Below are positions 61,401 to 64,000 of a stretch of 64,000 bases of DNA, piece by piece (the stretch's first letter is position 1; each line of letters starts with the position of its first letter). The stretch is taken from the NCBI GenBank assembly GCA_017499595.2, contig CM039000.1:2046001-2110000 (forward strand), read 5' to 3'. The stretch comes from Psilocybe cubensis (Eukaryota). The translations under genes were made by a program, and so were the position numbers. The notes beneath the pieces were generated by a model. The model searched no databases. It saw only the letters and a list, made by a program, of their open reading frames with translations, and was not told the origin of the DNA.

Positions 61401-63688
61401 AGAGCCCTGACCTGGCAGGATAGAGTTCAGTTCCTTATCCAAATCGTGCCACGCAATTGCTTGTTGATCTTTCGCGTCCGAAAATACACTAAAAACTTTG
61501 TCCGGTTCATCCCATGAATGGAAACTCGAGCCCACCGAATTGAGTGAAGACCGCGAAGAATTGGCACGAGGTGACAGCCCAAGAGAGGGAAAAGGGCCAA
61601 TATTGAAGGGAGATGAAGGGGGGTTTTGCCGAGAGGATCGCCTGCTGATATTGCGTGGTGAAAGATCGAAGCTGGAGAAGCTAGGAGAAATAGGAGACCG
61701 CTGAGCTGTTTGCGTCGGGGTGGCCGACCGTGGCACAAGTGTGGCACCCAGGATGGGTGAACCTAGCTCGACTTCGGGAATATAAGCCTGTGGTCGCTCA
61801 GCCGATATCATACTGCCATTCGACAGGATGTTATTCGCGAAATTAGATGAATATGACGCGGTTGGGTCAAGAGTGGGAGAGTCGGGAAACGCAGGAGACT
61901 TTAGAGAGCGAGGTCCCAACTGATGATGTCGATCAAAACGAAGATAATCTGAATCTAAAGCAGGTCCCTCTGTTGTCAAACTGTTATTCCGGCCGTGACC
62001 ACTGCGATTGTTCCTATGCCCGTTACTGCTGTTGACACTGGGTGTCCAGATTACGTTGGAAGGCGTTGTGGGCCGTGAAGGAGGTCGATTTGTGACTGCT
62101 GTCATCGGCTGATACGATGGGCCTGAGAGTGGCGATGCAGGTCTACGACGACCAAGAATAGATGAGTTCAACGGGCTATCAAATTCGACAGAATCACCGC
62201 CTGATGCACGCTGACTATCGTCTGGCGTATACCGTCCATTTGTACTTCTTTGAAGAAATAGTGGGGCAGCTGCCACAGGTGTAATAGGTGTAGATCTCGC
62301 TGTTACCGAGGATATTGATTCGCGCCTAACCTTACTTGAAGCACTATTAGATAGCGGGGATGATTCGGTATAGGGTGATTGCGCGCGAGGTGTAGTAGAA
62401 TGCGAACGTTGCTCGTCAAAGTCAAAGTCTCGAGGTGTCATGGGCCTGGGCATGCCTGGGATGTAGCCGGGAACAGTTCGAGCGGGTATAGGTGACTGCC
62501 TGCGTTCACTGAATTCAGAGTGTATAGTCTGGTCAATAGATATAGCCATTGCAGCTTCATATAGAGCACTGTTATTAGAAACCTGACTCTCCCGTTGCTG
62601 CGAAAAATTTTGTAAAATGGCATTCCACAACTAAAAAATATGGGAGAAACACGAACCACTTCAGCTGTAGGCTGGTCCAAACTACTACGCGGGACGGGGA
62701 CAGAACGGGGCAGCAAAATTTCATCTTCAACCTCGTCTTCAATCTCCTTGATGGCCTCCTCGAGCGCCATGGAGGCACGAAGTACAGACGGTCCTAGGGC
62801 TTTTTGCAGACGATACTCAGCAACGGAAATCGGCGCATTGTCGCCAAATGGAGCCGGAGGGATGTGAGGGGCGCTATGAACAAGGCCATCCTCGTTTGGA
62901 CTTGGACTGGACTGGACTGAAGAAGGAATACTGTTTTCAGGGGTGACAGGTCGTATGCTGGTGTTAGATGCTTCTCTTGCCGACGTTGACACCTCTGTAG
63001 GAGTTAATGAAAGGGCGCGAGTGCTATTAATTGAGGCCTTGGAGGAGGCGACGCTCTTCAAATAGTTGTAGTCTCGTAGGCGCCCTGAGCCGAAGAGGTT
63101 GTTGCTGTATCGTTTTGAACGTGAGTTAGGGGATGATGTAACGCTAGAAGATGTAGCTGTTGAACGTATTGATGTCCTTGTGACAGTCGTTGAGTCGTCA
63201 GTTTCAGCGACGTGCTCCTGGGAGGCGGCAGGCGAGGGTGTCTTCGTCGACCGCAATTTGCCCAAAGTCTCAAGCAACATATCCTCCTCTTCCTCAGTAA
63301 TTTGATTCTGTGCACCACGAGCTCGCTGGTTTGCTAGCCTAGTCCTGAGGTGTTCTAACGACACGGGATCGCCTGTGGACGAACGGAGGAGGGAGAATCG
63401 ACGAGATAGGCTGGTGTGTGTTGAAGCGAAAGAGCCAAGTGGAGTCGGTTAGTTTACGTTACAGCAGCAGGGCCGACACTCACTCAGGCAAGATAAGCGA
63501 CGTGCGAAAATCGTTGGCGGAAGGCAGCTCTGGAAGTATATTTTGCGCGTCCTTTTCGTGCGTGTGCTGGAGATCGGGGACTTGACTGCGTTTCGCGTCA
63601 GACCGCTTCCTGTAACGGACAGATGGCCTGAATGAGACGGACGGTGCGATGCGCGCCGAATGATACAGACTTACCGAAAACGATTCAT
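58437..63688 (-). CDS. Large Ser/Pro-rich, mostly disordered hypothetical protein
   Basis: Spliced MNRFR|KRSD...DFRTSLILP|DLSRRFSLLR, long exons 62438-63364, 61185-62630 and 59162-61132, C-terminal block ALEIIQLANGETIW|NIVNGLR...RPETN|VFYSS...VEERLEHML*. Confidence 0.8.
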
Positions 63689-64000
63689 AGTGTGATACTA
63701 CGGCCCTCGCCTTATACACGTTGAGACGGGGGTATGTACTTGTCAATAGCTGTTTACAAAAGACACACGAGGCAACGTGGTAAACACGAGTTTGGAGTCG
63801 GAGAAGATCAGAAAGAGACTTTGCAGGGATGAAGCGCGAAAAGGCGAAAAATTACAACAAAAATGAAGCAAGCATAAGAAAAAGTAAAAAAGGCCTGGGT
63901 AGAGTCCTGACGGTCAAGAAGGAAAGAATGAATGCCAGTAAAAGGCATGGACCTCAATACTTTCCGCGAATGGCATCAATTCCATCATCGGTTAAATGAC

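Noticed and set aside
1-64000. tRNA or rRNA genes
   Set aside because: No A/B-box cloverleaf or rRNA sequence recognised. The rRNA-matching 13-mer at 1286-1298 is the snoRNA guide.

Overview
Gene-dense eukaryotic DNA with many short (~50-60 nt) spliceosomal introns. The gene content points to a mushroom-forming basidiomycete (Agaricomycetes; inference). About 30 spliced genes can be reconstructed by hand. They include RPL7 (with an intronic snR39B/SNORD2-type C/D snoRNA), cyclin L, three tandem expansin-like DPBB genes, FMP25-like RCC1, PRO3, RPT3, CBP20, SNRNP27, eIF1/SUI1, FYV7-like, PPP4R2, a PAP2 phosphatase, a divergent TFIIB/BRF-family gene, GT4 trehalose phosphorylase, POL5, MSH3 and ATP12. 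The main accessory feature is an intact 5,642-bp Ty3/Gypsy chromovirus (49047-54688). It has identical 299-bp LTRs, a TAAAG target-site duplication, a single gag-pol ORF and an oligo-T tract where a tRNA primer-binding site would be expected. It sits inside exon 2 of the N-terminal glutamine amidohydrolase gene (NTAQ1/WDYHV1) and splits its catalytic triad. CDS coordinates are start-to-stop spans including introns. Exon structures were inferred by eye and no database searches were run.
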